A DNA stretch of 64,000 bases. Origin: an uncultured Alphaproteobacteria bacterium. GTDB lineage: Bacteria > Pseudomonadota > Alphaproteobacteria > RF32 > CAG-239. The stretch lies in contig CALXRQ010000004.1 in the NCBI GenBank assembly GCA_944390895.1, positions 8,069-72,068 of the forward strand. Direction: 5' to 3'. Position 1 is the first letter of the stretch. Each line of letters starts with the position of its first letter. The translations under genes and the position numbers were made by a program. This document shows, in pieces, positions 9,000-19,577 of this stretch. The notes under the pieces are model-generated. The model worked only from the letters and a program-made list of their open reading frames with translations. It was not told where the DNA came from and did no database searches.

Positions 9000-9733
9000 T
9001 AATTTTTTCCGTTTCTTTCTTTCAGCAGTTCTTCCAGCATTGCCAATTCTTCTCTGGTATTGGCGGCGGCAGCCTCATTCACGGGGCATTCGACGGCGCT
9101 GCATTTCAGACCGCGGCTCAGAGCAATGGCTACCGCATCGGTAAGATAATATTCGCCGGCGGCATTTTCATCGGAAAGTTCATCCAAAATGTCAAACATT
9201 TTTCCGCCGTCGAAACACATCATGCCGGAATTGCAGAATTTGACCGCGCGTTCTTCTTCGTTTGCGTCTTTATATTCGACAATGCGCTGCAGTTCTCCGT
9301 CTTTCATAATCAGGCGGCCGTAGCGGGCCGCATCTTCCGGAACAAAACCGAGACAGACGATGCTGTATCCTTCGCGGCGCTTGTTTAATATCTTTTCAAT
9401 GGTGTCTTTGGTATAAAGCGGCTGATCGCCGAAAATGACCAGAACGTCGCCGTCAAAGCCCTTGAGCGCTTCGCGTGCGCATTTGACGGCGTGTCCGGTA
9501 CCCAACTGTTTGTCCTGTACGCAGGTTTTGTACGGCGCCACTTCCTTTTTGACAATATCTCCGTCCGGCGCAATGACGGTTACGATTTCATCAACCTTAA
9601 TCTGTTCCAGCGTGTCTATGATATGGCGGATCATCGGCTTGCCGCAGACCGGCATCATCACCTTGGGCAGGTCTGACTTCATGCGGGTTCCCTTGCCGGC
9701 TCCCAAAATGACGGCGGCTACTTTATTATTCAT
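8999..9733 (-). CDS. GlmU-like nucleotidyltransferase (N-terminal uridylyltransferase domain only)
   Basis: AAVILGAGKGTRMKSDLPKVMMPVCGKPMI and LGTGHAV match the GlmU N-domain. No left-handed beta-helix acetyltransferase half is present. ATG 9733 is preferred for its GGAG spacing. Confidence 0.65.
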   Translation of the reverse strand: MNNKVAAVILGAGKGTRMKSDLPKVMMPVCGKPMIRHIIDTLEQIKVDEIVTVIAPDGDIVKKEVAPYKTCVQDKQLGTGHAVKCAREALKGFDGDVLVIFGDQPLYTKDTIEKILNKRREGYSIVCLGFVPEDAARYGRLIMKDGELQRIVEYKDANEEERAVKFCNSGMMCFDGGKMFDILDELSDENAAGEYYLTDAVAIALSRGLKCSAVECPVNEAAAANTREELAMLEELLKERNGKN

Positions 9734-9811
9734 GAACATATCTCCTTTTCATAATCTTTTCTTAATGAATCTGAGTTTATATTAACAGATATATAATTTT
9801 TGTTAACAGTG

Positions 9812-11959
9812 ATGAGTCTTTTCATGGGAAAACTTTTTTTTGCCGTTTGTTTCTTTTTTTCCGGATACCTTTCCTTTGAGGCGGCCGCGGCCATCCGTTC
9901 GGTTGCCGATGCCAACGCCGCGCTTGAAAGCAGCCGGAATCCCATTGCCGAAAGCGCTGAAATCAACCAAGCCCGGCAACAGCTTCAGAGCATGGGTTCC
10001 GAGGAGATGGAAACATATCTCAAAGAAAGGCTGAAAAAAGTGGTTAAAACCACCTTGGACAAAGGCGACGGTCTCGGCGGCGACGGCGCCATCAACGCGC
10101 AGAAAAGCCTTGAACAAATCGAGAAAGAAAACGAAGCGAAAAAATCCACCTTCGAGCGGATTTACGACAATGCCATGAACAAGCTCATCAGCCCCAAAGA
10201 TCCGCAGCCGACGGCCAAGCTTTATACGCCCGAAGACGCCGCCCGAAGACAGGCCAACCTTGAAGAACAAAAGCGGCGGATGCTGGCAGCCCAGCACGAG
10301 GCTTGGAAAAAAGCCAATATTGACGTTATTGAAGCTGCTCTGCCCCCGGCCGGAGCCAAAACCCTGATTCCGGCGCAGGAACATATTCCTTACCTGTTTT
10401 CGCGAATCGAGCTTACACCCGACGGACTGACCAACATCAGCGACACCATCGTGATTGTCGCCAACGGCGAGAATCTGAAAAAGGGCGTGACCAGAGCTTT
10501 TCCCAAACATGTTCTGACCCGCGAAGGCAAGCGTCAGAAAATTGACTTTCAACTGTTGGGTGTCAACGTTAACGGTCAGGAGATTCCTTATAAAACCGTT
10601 GAAAGAGGAAATTATATTTTCCTTGAGCCCCGAAACGACGACGACCTGCGCCCCGGCGTTTATACCTATCAATTCAACTATCTGATTGACAATCAGATTT
10701 TCAGATATAACGAATTTGACGAATTTTACTGGGACATTACCGGCAGTGTCTGGAATCTGGTCATTGCCCGGGCCGGCGCAGCACTGATTATGCCGCCCAA
10801 CACCAAGCCGCTGGGGCAGACCGCCGTGTCCGGATATTCGGGCTTATGGGATGAAAACGCCGTCATCATCAGCAAAGAGGCCGACAATGTTCTGGGGTTC
10901 GTCACTCCGTATCCGCTGTTTATCGGCCAGGGTATGCAGATTATCGTTTCCATTCCCAAAGGCGCCATTTCCAACCTTACGCTGACCAAACGCTTTCTGC
11001 TGTTCATGAACGAGTTCGGCGACATTGTCTTTTCGGCTCTCGGACTGGCTGCCATCCTGCTGTCTTATTTTCTCTCCTGGCGCTATATCCGCAAAAACAA
11101 AAGCTACAAGGTTTTGAGCGCACACAAAGACGGTCCGATCCTGCGCTACTTGAGGAAAGGACTGGTCGACCGGAAGTCCTTCGGCGCTTTTCTGCTCGAT
11201 TTATACCGCAAAAACATCATTGATATTGAGGAAAACGACGGCAATATTCTGCTGGTGAAAAAAACCGACAACGTCAAGTCGCTTTCAAAATATGAGAAAA
11301 AAGCCGTCAACAACCTGTTTACCGGCAGCGAGGCGGTTCTCAATGTCAACTCCTATTCCCTGCTCAAAATCAAACGTGCCCTGGACAACATTACCAAAGG
11401 CGTCCGCCAGCAGATTAAGCTCATCAGCCTGAAACTTAACATAGGTTATATTCTGTTCAGCGTCGGAATGCTGGTTTTTGCCGAGCTCGGCATTGCGGCT
11501 CTGGCCATCGACACCGCCTATACCGCCGCGTTTATGCTGACCTGTACCGCCGCCATGGCTTTCAACATATTTTTAATCAGAAAAAAATATGCAAAAAAAT
11601 GGCTGGGAATTGCCGTTAAAATACTGGCCGGAATCTTTCTTGCCTTTGAATGGTTTTTGCTGTGTTCCGTGGTTCATCCGGCAACGGCGCTGATCTTTCC
11701 GGCGATTATTTACATCATCATGGAATACAGCAAGCTTTATGCCCAGCGCGGCGGGCTGCTCAGCGCCTCGGTCAATGACGCCAAGGAATATAACGATCTG
11801 CTGGTGCGTAAGGCCGCAGACATCGGTCTGGGGAAAGAGTTTGTCATGAATCAGGCCGCCATTTTTGCCATGGATGCCGAAGAATATTACTCACCCAATA
11901 ACAGCAACAAAAATTATTACAAACTTGACATCATTAACGAACTTATCCAGAAAATATGA
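9812..11959 (+). CDS. DUF2207-like membrane protein
   Basis: Signal peptide; YTYQFNYLIDNQIFRYNEFDEFYWDITGSVWNLVI fits the DUF2207 core as I recall it; several C-terminal TM helices. Confidence 0.55.
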   Translation: MSLFMGKLFFAVCFFFSGYLSFEAAAAIRSVADANAALESSRNPIAESAEINQARQQLQSMGSEEMETYLKERLKKVVKTTLDKGDGLGGDGAINAQKSLEQIEKENEAKKSTFERIYDNAMNKLISPKDPQPTAKLYTPEDAARRQANLEEQKRRMLAAQHEAWKKANIDVIEAALPPAGAKTLIPAQEHIPYLFSRIELTPDGLTNISDTIVIVANGENLKKGVTRAFPKHVLTREGKRQKIDFQLLGVNVNGQEIPYKTVERGNYIFLEPRNDDDLRPGVYTYQFNYLIDNQIFRYNEFDEFYWDITGSVWNLVIARAGAALIMPPNTKPLGQTAVSGYSGLWDENAVIISKEADNVLGFVTPYPLFIGQGMQIIVSIPKGAISNLTLTKRFLLFMNEFGDIVFSALGLAAILLSYFLSWRYIRKNKSYKVLSAHKDGPILRYLRKGLVDRKSFGAFLLDLYRKNIIDIEENDGNILLVKKTDNVKSLSKYEKKAVNNLFTGSEAVLNVNSYSLLKIKRALDNITKGVRQQIKLISLKLNIGYILFSVGMLVFAELGIAALAIDTAYTAAFMLTCTAAMAFNIFLIRKKYAKKWLGIAVKILAGIFLAFEWFLLCSVVHPATALIFPAIIYIIMEYSKLYAQRGGLLSASVNDAKEYNDLLVRKAADIGLGKEFVMNQAAIFAMDAEEYYSPNNSNKNYYKLDIINELIQKI

Positions 11960-11989
11960 AAAGAGCCCGGAAACAACCGGGCGCTTTTC
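11960..11989. terminator. bidirectional intrinsic terminator
   Basis: GCCCGG/CCGGGC stem (11965-11982) followed by a T-run; lies between convergent genes. Confidence 0.6.
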
Positions 11990-11991
11990 AT

Positions 11992-12792
11992 TTAAGCCTT
12001 CTCAGGTTTTGAATCCCTTCGGTAAAAATACATAAAATATTGATAAAGATGCGAGAAATATGAGGCTTTCAGCAGCGTGTCAACAAAAGAAACCGCTATC
12101 ATCAACGCGGAAAAACAGAGTTTCAGCATATAATTGTCGCTGCCCAAGGCGCGATAGGTCACGGACAAAAGCAGCAAGACGATAAAAACCGGAAGCATCA
12201 TCAAAACCTGTCCCCAGAATATCTTATTTGCATTGCCTTTGGTTATTTCCCATGATTTCCGAAAGGTTATTTCCTGCTGGTTGTCTACCGCCACAGCCGG
12301 AAAAACCAAATAAAAACGCGCGCTTAAAATAACCAGCACAGTTATCGCACACAAAAACAACAGCGATATGCCGGCCGGAACGGCTCTGCCGTTATATTCG
12401 GCAGCGGCTGTCAGGATACCCAGACAGAAAGCCGGCAGAAAAACGATCAGGCCGTAAAGCAGGCTGCAAAACAGATACCGCAGTTCGCGGCGACCGAAAT
12501 GCAGATTCCAGTAACCCGGATATTCCTGATGCAGAATAATGCCGCGGCAAAAGGCGGTAATAACAGAAATGCCGGCCAGAGAAAGCAAAACGACCGAAAG
12601 ATTCTGCAGCAGGCCTCCGCTGCAGGTATCGGCATTGAGACTGCACAAGACGGGAAAACCCGCCGCCATTTCAAAGACCAGCAACACCGACCAGGCCGCA
12701 CAGATTCTGAAAGCGGTCTGTCCGTGCAGAAACACATAGATAAAACTGCGACGCACGGTTTCGAAAAAAGGCAGGTTAATCTTGTTTTCCAT
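11992..12792 (-). CDS. polytopic membrane protein (paralogue of the gene upstream)
   Basis: GGAGG lies 6 nt upstream of ATG 12792; the ORF-track start at 12909 would overlap the neighbour by 134 nt. Multi-TM protein that shares NLPFF / RFYLVFPAV blocks with the adjacent gene. Confidence 0.55.
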   Translation of the reverse strand: MENKINLPFFETVRRSFIYVFLHGQTAFRICAAWSVLLVFEMAAGFPVLCSLNADTCSGGLLQNLSVVLLSLAGISVITAFCRGIILHQEYPGYWNLHFGRRELRYLFCSLLYGLIVFLPAFCLGILTAAAEYNGRAVPAGISLLFLCAITVLVILSARFYLVFPAVAVDNQQEITFRKSWEITKGNANKIFWGQVLMMLPVFIVLLLLSVTYRALGSDNYMLKLCFSALMIAVSFVDTLLKASYFSHLYQYFMYFYRRDSKPEKA

Positions 12793-13678
12793 CTTTTTCC
12801 TCCGCATCATCTTCCGGATAAAGGATTTGCCTTTCCACAAGGCAGTGGCCGACGAACAGAGCCATACCCAACAAAAAGACCAAGTTATAAATAAACTCCG
12901 ACACGACATTCAGATACAAACCGGACGAAAGAGCCACCGGCTGAAAATTGCGGTACAGGCTGCCGAAAATGAAAAACAGCAATATGAATATGAGAAAAAG
13001 ACCGGCCAAAAGATTCATCAGGTTGCCGGAATTTTTAAGCCAGATTTCTTTTAGCGGCGGAACCTTGCAGCCACAAAGCACGAAAGCAATTACGGCATAA
13101 AAACGAACGGCCAGAAACGGAATGACGTATCCGACGGAAACCAGCGCAAAAAACAAAATTTCAATCCGCCAATCCGGATTGGGTACCCGGACATAAAGAA
13201 TCATGGTGGAAATCATCGGCAGAAAGTTGATAAAAACCGTCAGCAGAAAAAGCCCCAAAAGCTTAAAGCAACGGCGGTCCACGGAAAAAAGCTTCCGCAG
13301 CGTCAGCGGCTCACCCTGCAGGCCGGCCTGATACCACTTAAGCGCAAACAGCGTCACCAAAAACAATTTCAACAGGCTGTAGACAACATACATTACCGCG
13401 GAATCGGAGCAATATCCGCCGGACGAATAGATACACATATAGCCAAAGCCGCAAAGAAGCGCGAACAGAGTTATCAGCGCGGCATAAGGCAGCGCCGTCA
13501 GAAAAAAAGCACGGCCGTTGTCCAACAACAGCGAAAACGGCCGAAAGCATATTTTAAAAAACGGCACCCTAACTCTTTTTACCGCGGTTTCGTCAACTTC
13601 CGGGCACAAACACCCGCCTTTCTGAAAACAGGGACAGGAAGAAAATTTTTCTCTGAGAAAAGCTAAAAGTTTATCCAT
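12776..13678 (-). CDS. polytopic membrane protein with a Cys-rich N-terminus
   Basis: 300 aa, multi-TM; N-terminal SCPCFQKGGCLCP. The start lies 2 nt after the dnaE stop. Confidence 0.55.
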   Translation of the reverse strand: MDKLLAFLREKFSSCPCFQKGGCLCPEVDETAVKRVRVPFFKICFRPFSLLLDNGRAFFLTALPYAALITLFALLCGFGYMCIYSSGGYCSDSAVMYVVYSLLKLFLVTLFALKWYQAGLQGEPLTLRKLFSVDRRCFKLLGLFLLTVFINFLPMISTMILYVRVPNPDWRIEILFFALVSVGYVIPFLAVRFYAVIAFVLCGCKVPPLKEIWLKNSGNLMNLLAGLFLIFILLFFIFGSLYRNFQPVALSSGLYLNVVSEFIYNLVFLLGMALFVGHCLVERQILYPEDDAEEKDGKQD

Positions 13679-13680
13679 GG

Positions 13681-16600
13681 TCAGATTTCCTTTATGGTTG
13701 TAACGCCGGTGACCGCCCTTATTTTGGTGATAATATCGTTAATGAAGGCAAAGCCGCCCGGCAGCTCGATTCTCACATCCCATTCGGGGTGCTCCGGTTT
13801 TATATATATCTTATTGGTTCCGTTTCTATCGTGACTTAAAATTTCCTTGATGCTTTTGACCGCGGAAACGTTATTGACATAAATCACCATGCCGTTGGCC
13901 ACGTCCGCAATCGCCTTGTCCAGCGTTTCGACGCTGTTGATCATCACGCGGGGACTGGCTTCTTCGTTTTCTTTGGTAATGACAATGCTCACCAGCAGAG
14001 GAACGCCGGAATTGATGACATCTTCATATTTGGCCAGCCCTTCCGAAAACAGCAGGCCTTCAAAATTGCTGGTACCGTCGGAAAGCTCCAGAAAAGCATA
14101 TTTGTTGCCGGATTTGCTGATGCGTTTTTGAAAAGAGTTGACGCAGCCGGCCAGTTTGGCACGAATAGTGTCCCCCACCTTAATGCCGCCGAAAACTTCC
14201 GCCGCGCTTTTGACGCCCAGACGCTCCATACCGCGGCCGTAGCTGTCCAACGGATGCGCCGAAAGATAAAAACCGATGGCTTCCGCCTCCAGTTTCAATT
14301 TTTCCAGCTCCGGCCAGTCCGGCTTATCGGCCAGCTTGACCTTGGTGTGCAGTTCTTCGGTGCCGAACAGAGACGCCTGAGAACTGGTTTTTAATTCCGT
14401 GGCCGAAGAAATATGCTGCATTATGGTTTCAATATTGGCAAAGATTTTGCCGCGATTGGCCTCTATAGAATCAAAAGCGCCGGCTTTGGTCAGCTGCTCC
14501 AACTGACGGCGGTTGATTTGCCTGATGTCGGTACGATGGATAAAATCGGACAAATCCTTATAGGGACCATGCTTGCGGCGCTCTTCCACAATGCTTTGCA
14601 TATTGGCGGCGCCGACGCCTTTTATGGCGCCCAAGGCATAACGTATATTGCCGTTTTCCACGGCAAAATCTGCATCGGAATGGTTGATATCGGGCGGCAG
14701 AACCCGGAAACCCATTTTTTTGCACTCTTCCTTATAAATCAGAAGTTTGTCAACGTTGGTCATATCAAGTGACATAACCGCGCACATAAACTCAACCGGA
14801 TAATGCGCCTTCAGATAAGCAGTTTGATAAGAAACCAGAGAATAGGCTGCCGCGTGCGACTTGTTGAAGCCGTAAGACGCAAATTTTTCCATCTGGTCAA
14901 AAATGGCGGCGGCAGTGGCTTCGGGAATGCCTTTTTTTACGGCACCCTCGGTAAACATGGCACGCTGTTTGGGAATCTCGTCGCGCATTTTTTTACCCAT
15001 AACCTTACGCAGCTTGTCGGCGCCGCCCAGCGTATAGCCGCCCAAGACCTGGGCAATTTTCATAACCTGTTCCTGATAGACCATAATGCCGTAAGTTTCG
15101 CCCAGAATCGGCGCCAAATCAGGATGCAGATAAGTAATCTCCTCTTCGCCGTGCTTGCGTTTGATATAGGTCGGAATATTGTCCATCGGCCCCGGACGGT
15201 ACAAGGACACAATAGCGATCAGGTCTTCAAATCGGTCAGGTTTGATTTGTTTGTGCACGTCTTTCATGCCGGGGGATTCAAACTGGAAAACCGCCGAGGT
15301 GTCTCCTCTGGCCAGCATTTCATAAGTCGCCTTGTCATCCAACGGCACTTTTTCGATATCAAGACCGACATTGTGAATTTTATTTACCCAGTCAACCGCA
15401 CGTTTGATAACGGTAAGGGTTTTCAAGCCCAAAAAGTCAAACTTTATCAGACCGGTTTCTTCCACGAACTTCATATCATACTGGGTCACCGGCATATCGG
15501 CCTTGGGATCTTTATACAGCGGCACCAGCTGGTCCAAAGGACGGTCGCCGATAACGACGCCGGCCGCATGCATACCGGACTGGCGGTACAACCCTTCCAG
15601 TTTCATGCCGATGTCAAACAACTTGTTAATCTGCGGATCGTTTTGGCGCATTTCTTCCAGTTCGGGCACCTGATCCAAAGATTCCTGCAGGGTCGGGTTT
15701 TTGCCCTGGACGCCGGGCGGAATCATTTTAGAAATCTTATCGGCCTGAGAATACGGCATTTGCAAAACACGCGCCACATCGCGAATCACGTTTTTGGCCT
15801 GGAGCTTGCCATAGGTAATAATCTGCGCCACATGGTCAAAACCATATTTATTTTGCACGTATTCAATGGTTTTGTAGCGGTTTTCCTGGCAGAAGTCGAC
15901 GTCAAAGTCGGGCATATTAACACGCTCGGGATTTAGGAAACGCTCAAACAGCAGATCCAGCTTCAACGGATCCAAATCGGTAATCTTTAAAGACCAGGCC
16001 ACAATTGAACCCGCGCCGGAACCACGTCCGGGACCGACCGGCACGCCGTGAGTCTTTGACCACTGGATAAAGTCCGACACGATAAGAAAGTAACCGGGGA
16101 AGCCCATTTTTTTGATAACGCTCAGTTCATATTCCAGTCTGGCATAATAGCGTTCGTCGATTTCCTTTTTCTGCTCTGCGGTCATATTCTCAAAGTAGAC
16201 GTGAGCCTCCATGCGTTCCTTTAAGCCTTTGTAAGCCTGCTCGGTAATGTATTCGTCCTGCGTTCTGCCGCCGGGACATTCAAAAATCGGCAGCAAAGGC
16301 TGAACCTTGGAAGAGAGATAATTGCAGCGCATGGCTATTCTGACTGTATTTTCAACGGCTTCCGGCAGATCGGCAAAAAGTTCCACCATTTCCGTTTCGC
16401 TGCGCAGACGGTTGTTCGGCGAAAAACGGCGGCGGTTTTCATTGGCGATATATTCGCCCTCGGCAATGCAAATCAGAGCGTCGTGCGCCTCATACATATC
16501 CGCATCAAAGAAAAAGGCCTCATTAGTCGCCACCAGCGGAATGTCATATTGATAGGCCCAGTCGATAAAGATGTCCTCCGTCTTGCGTTCACTTTCCAGA

Positions 16601-17151
16601 CCGATGCGCGAAATTTCCATATAAAGGCGGTCGCCGAAAATCTGCCGCAGTTTTAAAAGCGTCTGTTCGGCCTCATCTTTCCGGTTTTCCAGCAGAAGTC
16701 GGCCGACCGGCCCTTCCACGCCGGCAGTCAGGGCTATCAGTCCGTCGTTTAACTCTTCCAGATCAGACATTTTAAGCTGCGCGCGCTCACCCTGCCCCGG
16801 ATTGTCCAGATAGGAACGCTTCATGAGCTTCATTATGTTCATATAGCCGGCTTCGTTCATAACCAGCAACACTATTTTGTCCGGTTCGACAATGCGGCCC
16901 TTGGATTTTAAGACATCATCGGCATCAGGATTGCGCAAAAAGAACTGACAGCCGAGAATCGGCTTAATTCCTTCGTCCGCGGCATATTTGGAGATGGCCT
17001 TGCCGCCGAACATATTGGCGGTGTCGGTCATGGCGATGGCCGAAACGCCCTGGTCATGAAGCTTATGGATCAGCTTCGGCACCAGCATGGCGCCTTCGGA
17101 CAGGGAATAAGCGGTATGAACGCGCAGATGAACAAACTTTGGCTCAGACAT
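13681..17151 (-). CDS. dnaE: DNA polymerase III alpha subunit
   Basis: 1156 aa; PHP domain start (FVHLRVHTAYSLSEGA); conserved polymerase core and OB-fold region. Confidence 0.95.
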   Translation of the reverse strand: MSEPKFVHLRVHTAYSLSEGAMLVPKLIHKLHDQGVSAIAMTDTANMFGGKAISKYAADEGIKPILGCQFFLRNPDADDVLKSKGRIVEPDKIVLLVMNEAGYMNIMKLMKRSYLDNPGQGERAQLKMSDLEELNDGLIALTAGVEGPVGRLLLENRKDEAEQTLLKLRQIFGDRLYMEISRIGLESERKTEDIFIDWAYQYDIPLVATNEAFFFDADMYEAHDALICIAEGEYIANENRRRFSPNNRLRSETEMVELFADLPEAVENTVRIAMRCNYLSSKVQPLLPIFECPGGRTQDEYITEQAYKGLKERMEAHVYFENMTAEQKKEIDERYYARLEYELSVIKKMGFPGYFLIVSDFIQWSKTHGVPVGPGRGSGAGSIVAWSLKITDLDPLKLDLLFERFLNPERVNMPDFDVDFCQENRYKTIEYVQNKYGFDHVAQIITYGKLQAKNVIRDVARVLQMPYSQADKISKMIPPGVQGKNPTLQESLDQVPELEEMRQNDPQINKLFDIGMKLEGLYRQSGMHAAGVVIGDRPLDQLVPLYKDPKADMPVTQYDMKFVEETGLIKFDFLGLKTLTVIKRAVDWVNKIHNVGLDIEKVPLDDKATYEMLARGDTSAVFQFESPGMKDVHKQIKPDRFEDLIAIVSLYRPGPMDNIPTYIKRKHGEEEITYLHPDLAPILGETYGIMVYQEQVMKIAQVLGGYTLGGADKLRKVMGKKMRDEIPKQRAMFTEGAVKKGIPEATAAAIFDQMEKFASYGFNKSHAAAYSLVSYQTAYLKAHYPVEFMCAVMSLDMTNVDKLLIYKEECKKMGFRVLPPDINHSDADFAVENGNIRYALGAIKGVGAANMQSIVEERRKHGPYKDLSDFIHRTDIRQINRRQLEQLTKAGAFDSIEANRGKIFANIETIMQHISSATELKTSSQASLFGTEELHTKVKLADKPDWPELEKLKLEAEAIGFYLSAHPLDSYGRGMERLGVKSAAEVFGGIKVGDTIRAKLAGCVNSFQKRISKSGNKYAFLELSDGTSNFEGLLFSEGLAKYEDVINSGVPLLVSIVITKENEEASPRVMINSVETLDKAIADVANGMVIYVNNVSAVKSIKEILSHDRNGTNKIYIKPEHPEWDVRIELPGGFAFINDIITKIRAVTGVTTIKEI

Positions 17152-17235
17152 CTAAAAACCTTTGCTTATGATTCTGCGGCGATTATATCTGTCTTTGGCC
17201 GTGTGTACAACTCAAAAATCGCAGATATCAGACCA

Positions 17236-17266
17236 CAAAAAAAGCGGCTTAACACCGCTTTTTTTA
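17236..17266 (-). terminator. intrinsic terminator after prfA
   Basis: AGCGG/CCGCT stem (17243-17259) with a T-run on the minus strand. Confidence 0.55.
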
Positions 17267-18337
17267 ATCCAATTCGGAAAGCTTCTGCGCCTGATCTTCG
17301 GTTATCAGTGCGTCAATAATTTCACCCAGAGCATCGCCGGAGACGACTTCGTCCAGCTTGTATAAGGTCAGGTTAATGCGATGGTCGGTCACGCGGCCCT
17401 GCGGATAGTTATAGGTGCGAATGCGCTCGGAACGATCGCCGGAACCGACTTGCAGCTTGCGTTTTTCGGAATAAGCGGCATCTTTGGCCTGACGCTGCGC
17501 GTCATAGAGACGGGTACGCAGCTTGCGCATGGCATTATCGCGGTTTTTGAACTGCGAGCGCTCTTCCTGAGATTCAACCACAATACCGCTCGGAATGTGC
17601 ACAATGCGCACGGCCGAGTTGGTTTTGTTAACTTTCTGACCGCCGGCGCCGGAAGAACGATAGGCCTCAAACTTCAAATCGGCCGGATTAATCTGAATAT
17701 CCACTTCCTCGGCCTCGGGCAAAACCGCCACCGTAGCAGCAGAAGTATGGACGCGGCCCTGAGACTCGGTTACCGGCACACGCTGTACGCGGTGAGCGCC
17801 GGATTCAAACTTGAGTTTGGAGAAAACGTCTTTGCCGGTGATGCTGGCCGAAGCCTCCTTATAGCCGCCGAGCTCGTTTTCGTTGGCATCCATAATTTCA
17901 AATTTCCAACCCTGCAACTGCGCATAGCGCTGATACATTTCAAACAAAACCGCCGCAAACAATGCCGCTTCATCACCGCCGGTACCGGCCCGGACTTCAA
18001 GAATGGCATTTTTTTCGTCATCTTCTTCTTTGGGCAGCAGCAAAATCTTGACCTGTTTTTCCAGCTCCGGCTGCCGTTCTTTCAGTTCATAATATTCGGC
18101 CTCGGCCATCTCCCGCATTTCCTTGTCGAGAGAAGAATCTTCCATCATCGCCTTATCGTCCGCCATATTCTGCTCCAGACGGCGCAACTCCTGCACGGCC
18201 TCGACAACCGGGGTCAGCGCGGCCAGTTCCTTGTTGAGCTTGACGAGTTCGTCGGCGCTGATATCCGGATTGGAAAGCAGGGCCTGAACTTCATCGTGGC
18301 GGTTGACAACATTACTCAGTTTTTCAGCAAACGACAT
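17264..18337 (-). CDS. prfA: peptide chain release factor 1
   Basis: GGQ motif ([23 protein letters not shown]) and a PVT tripeptide in the position of the RF1 PxT motif. Confidence 0.9.
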   Translation of the reverse strand: MSFAEKLSNVVNRHDEVQALLSNPDISADELVKLNKELAALTPVVEAVQELRRLEQNMADDKAMMEDSSLDKEMREMAEAEYYELKERQPELEKQVKILLLPKEEDDEKNAILEVRAGTGGDEAALFAAVLFEMYQRYAQLQGWKFEIMDANENELGGYKEASASITGKDVFSKLKFESGAHRVQRVPVTESQGRVHTSAATVAVLPEAEEVDIQINPADLKFEAYRSSGAGGQKVNKTNSAVRIVHIPSGIVVESQEERSQFKNRDNAMRKLRTRLYDAQRQAKDAAYSEKRKLQVGSGDRSERIRTYNYPQGRVTDHRINLTLYKLDEVVSGDALGEIIDALITEDQAQKLSELD

Positions 18338-19573
18338 TTATTTTATTTCCTCAATTATCTTCTCAACGGCAACGTTTTTCTGCCCGCCGCTGTCTAAATC
18401 CTTTACGGTTACTTCATTTCTGGCCAATTCGTCCGAACCGACGATTACCGCCTTACAGGCGTTGACCTTGTTGGCTTTCATCATTCGTTTTTTCAAATTT
18501 CCGCCATAACTCTGTTCAACGCGGAAACCGGCCTTGCGCAGCATATAGGCAATCTCCATGGCCTTGGTGTTGGTATCTTCTCCCACCGGAATCACAGCTA
18601 CCGGACGCGGAAGCGAAACATCTGCCTCCAAAAGCATGGACAACCGCTCGACGCCGCAAGCCCAGCCGATGCCGGCAACGGCACCGCCGCCCATTTGCTC
18701 GACCAGACCGTCATAACGGCCGCCGGCCAAAACCGTTCCCTGCGCGCCAAGCTTGTCGGTAACCAGCTCAAAAACGGTATGGGAATAATAGTCCAGCCCG
18801 CGAACCAGACGATTGTTGATCCGATATTTGATGCCCAAAGCGTCAAGTCCATGCAAAACTTCATCAAAGAACTTTTTGGACGCCTCGTTCAGGCTGTCGC
18901 AGTACAGAGGCGCATTGGCAACCACTTCTTTATCACATTCTTCTTTAGAATCAAGTACCCGCAGCGGATTTTTTTCCAAACGTTCTTTGGAATCCCCGGA
19001 CAATTCGTCCAGGTGCCCGCGCAGATATTCAACCAGCTTTGCCCGATAAGCGTCGCGGCTTTCCTTGTCGCCCAGAGAATTGATTTCGACCACGACATTG
19101 CCCTCCAGGCCGAGTTTCTCGACAAATTCGTAAGCCATAGCGATAACTTCAACGTCGGCCTGCGGGGTTTCTACGCCCAGCAGTTCGCAACCGAACTGCG
19201 TGAACTGGCGCTGCCGCCCCTTTTGCGGACGTTCATAGCGAAACATCGGTCCGGCATAATATAACTTGACCGGCAGATTTTGCTGCATTCCTTCCGAAAC
19301 GAAAGAACGGACAACACCGGCCGTGCCTTCCGGCCGCAGGGTCAGACTTTCACCGCCGCGGTCCTGAAAACAATACATTTCCTTGGTTACGACGTCGGAG
19401 GTTTCGCCCAGATTGCGGGAAAAGACTTCGGTAAACTCGAAAATCGGCGTTTCAATTTCTTCAAAACCATATTTTTCGACCACATCCGAACCGGTAGCCA
19501 CTACTTTTTTCATTTTTCTTTTGGTTTCGCCGTATACATCATAAGTACCGCGAACATTTTGTATTTTTGCCAT
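18338..19573 (-). CDS. hisS: histidine--tRNA ligase
   Basis: 411 aa; class II aaRS motifs (FRYERPQKGRQRQF, GGGRYD-like GGRYDGL). Confidence 0.9.
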   Translation of the reverse strand: MAKIQNVRGTYDVYGETKRKMKKVVATGSDVVEKYGFEEIETPIFEFTEVFSRNLGETSDVVTKEMYCFQDRGGESLTLRPEGTAGVVRSFVSEGMQQNLPVKLYYAGPMFRYERPQKGRQRQFTQFGCELLGVETPQADVEVIAMAYEFVEKLGLEGNVVVEINSLGDKESRDAYRAKLVEYLRGHLDELSGDSKERLEKNPLRVLDSKEECDKEVVANAPLYCDSLNEASKKFFDEVLHGLDALGIKYRINNRLVRGLDYYSHTVFELVTDKLGAQGTVLAGGRYDGLVEQMGGGAVAGIGWACGVERLSMLLEADVSLPRPVAVIPVGEDTNTKAMEIAYMLRKAGFRVEQSYGGNLKKRMMKANKVNACKAVIVGSDELARNEVTVKDLDSGGQKNVAVEKIIEEIK

Positions 19574-19577
19574 TTTT

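Noticed and set aside
14803-15936. 377-aa ORF antisense to dnaE; similar long antisense ORFs at 9803-10672, 17381-18397, 27641-28519 and 55813-56859
   Set aside because: All overlap confidently identified conserved genes on the other strand and show no recognisable motifs or RBS. They are treated as shadow ORFs.
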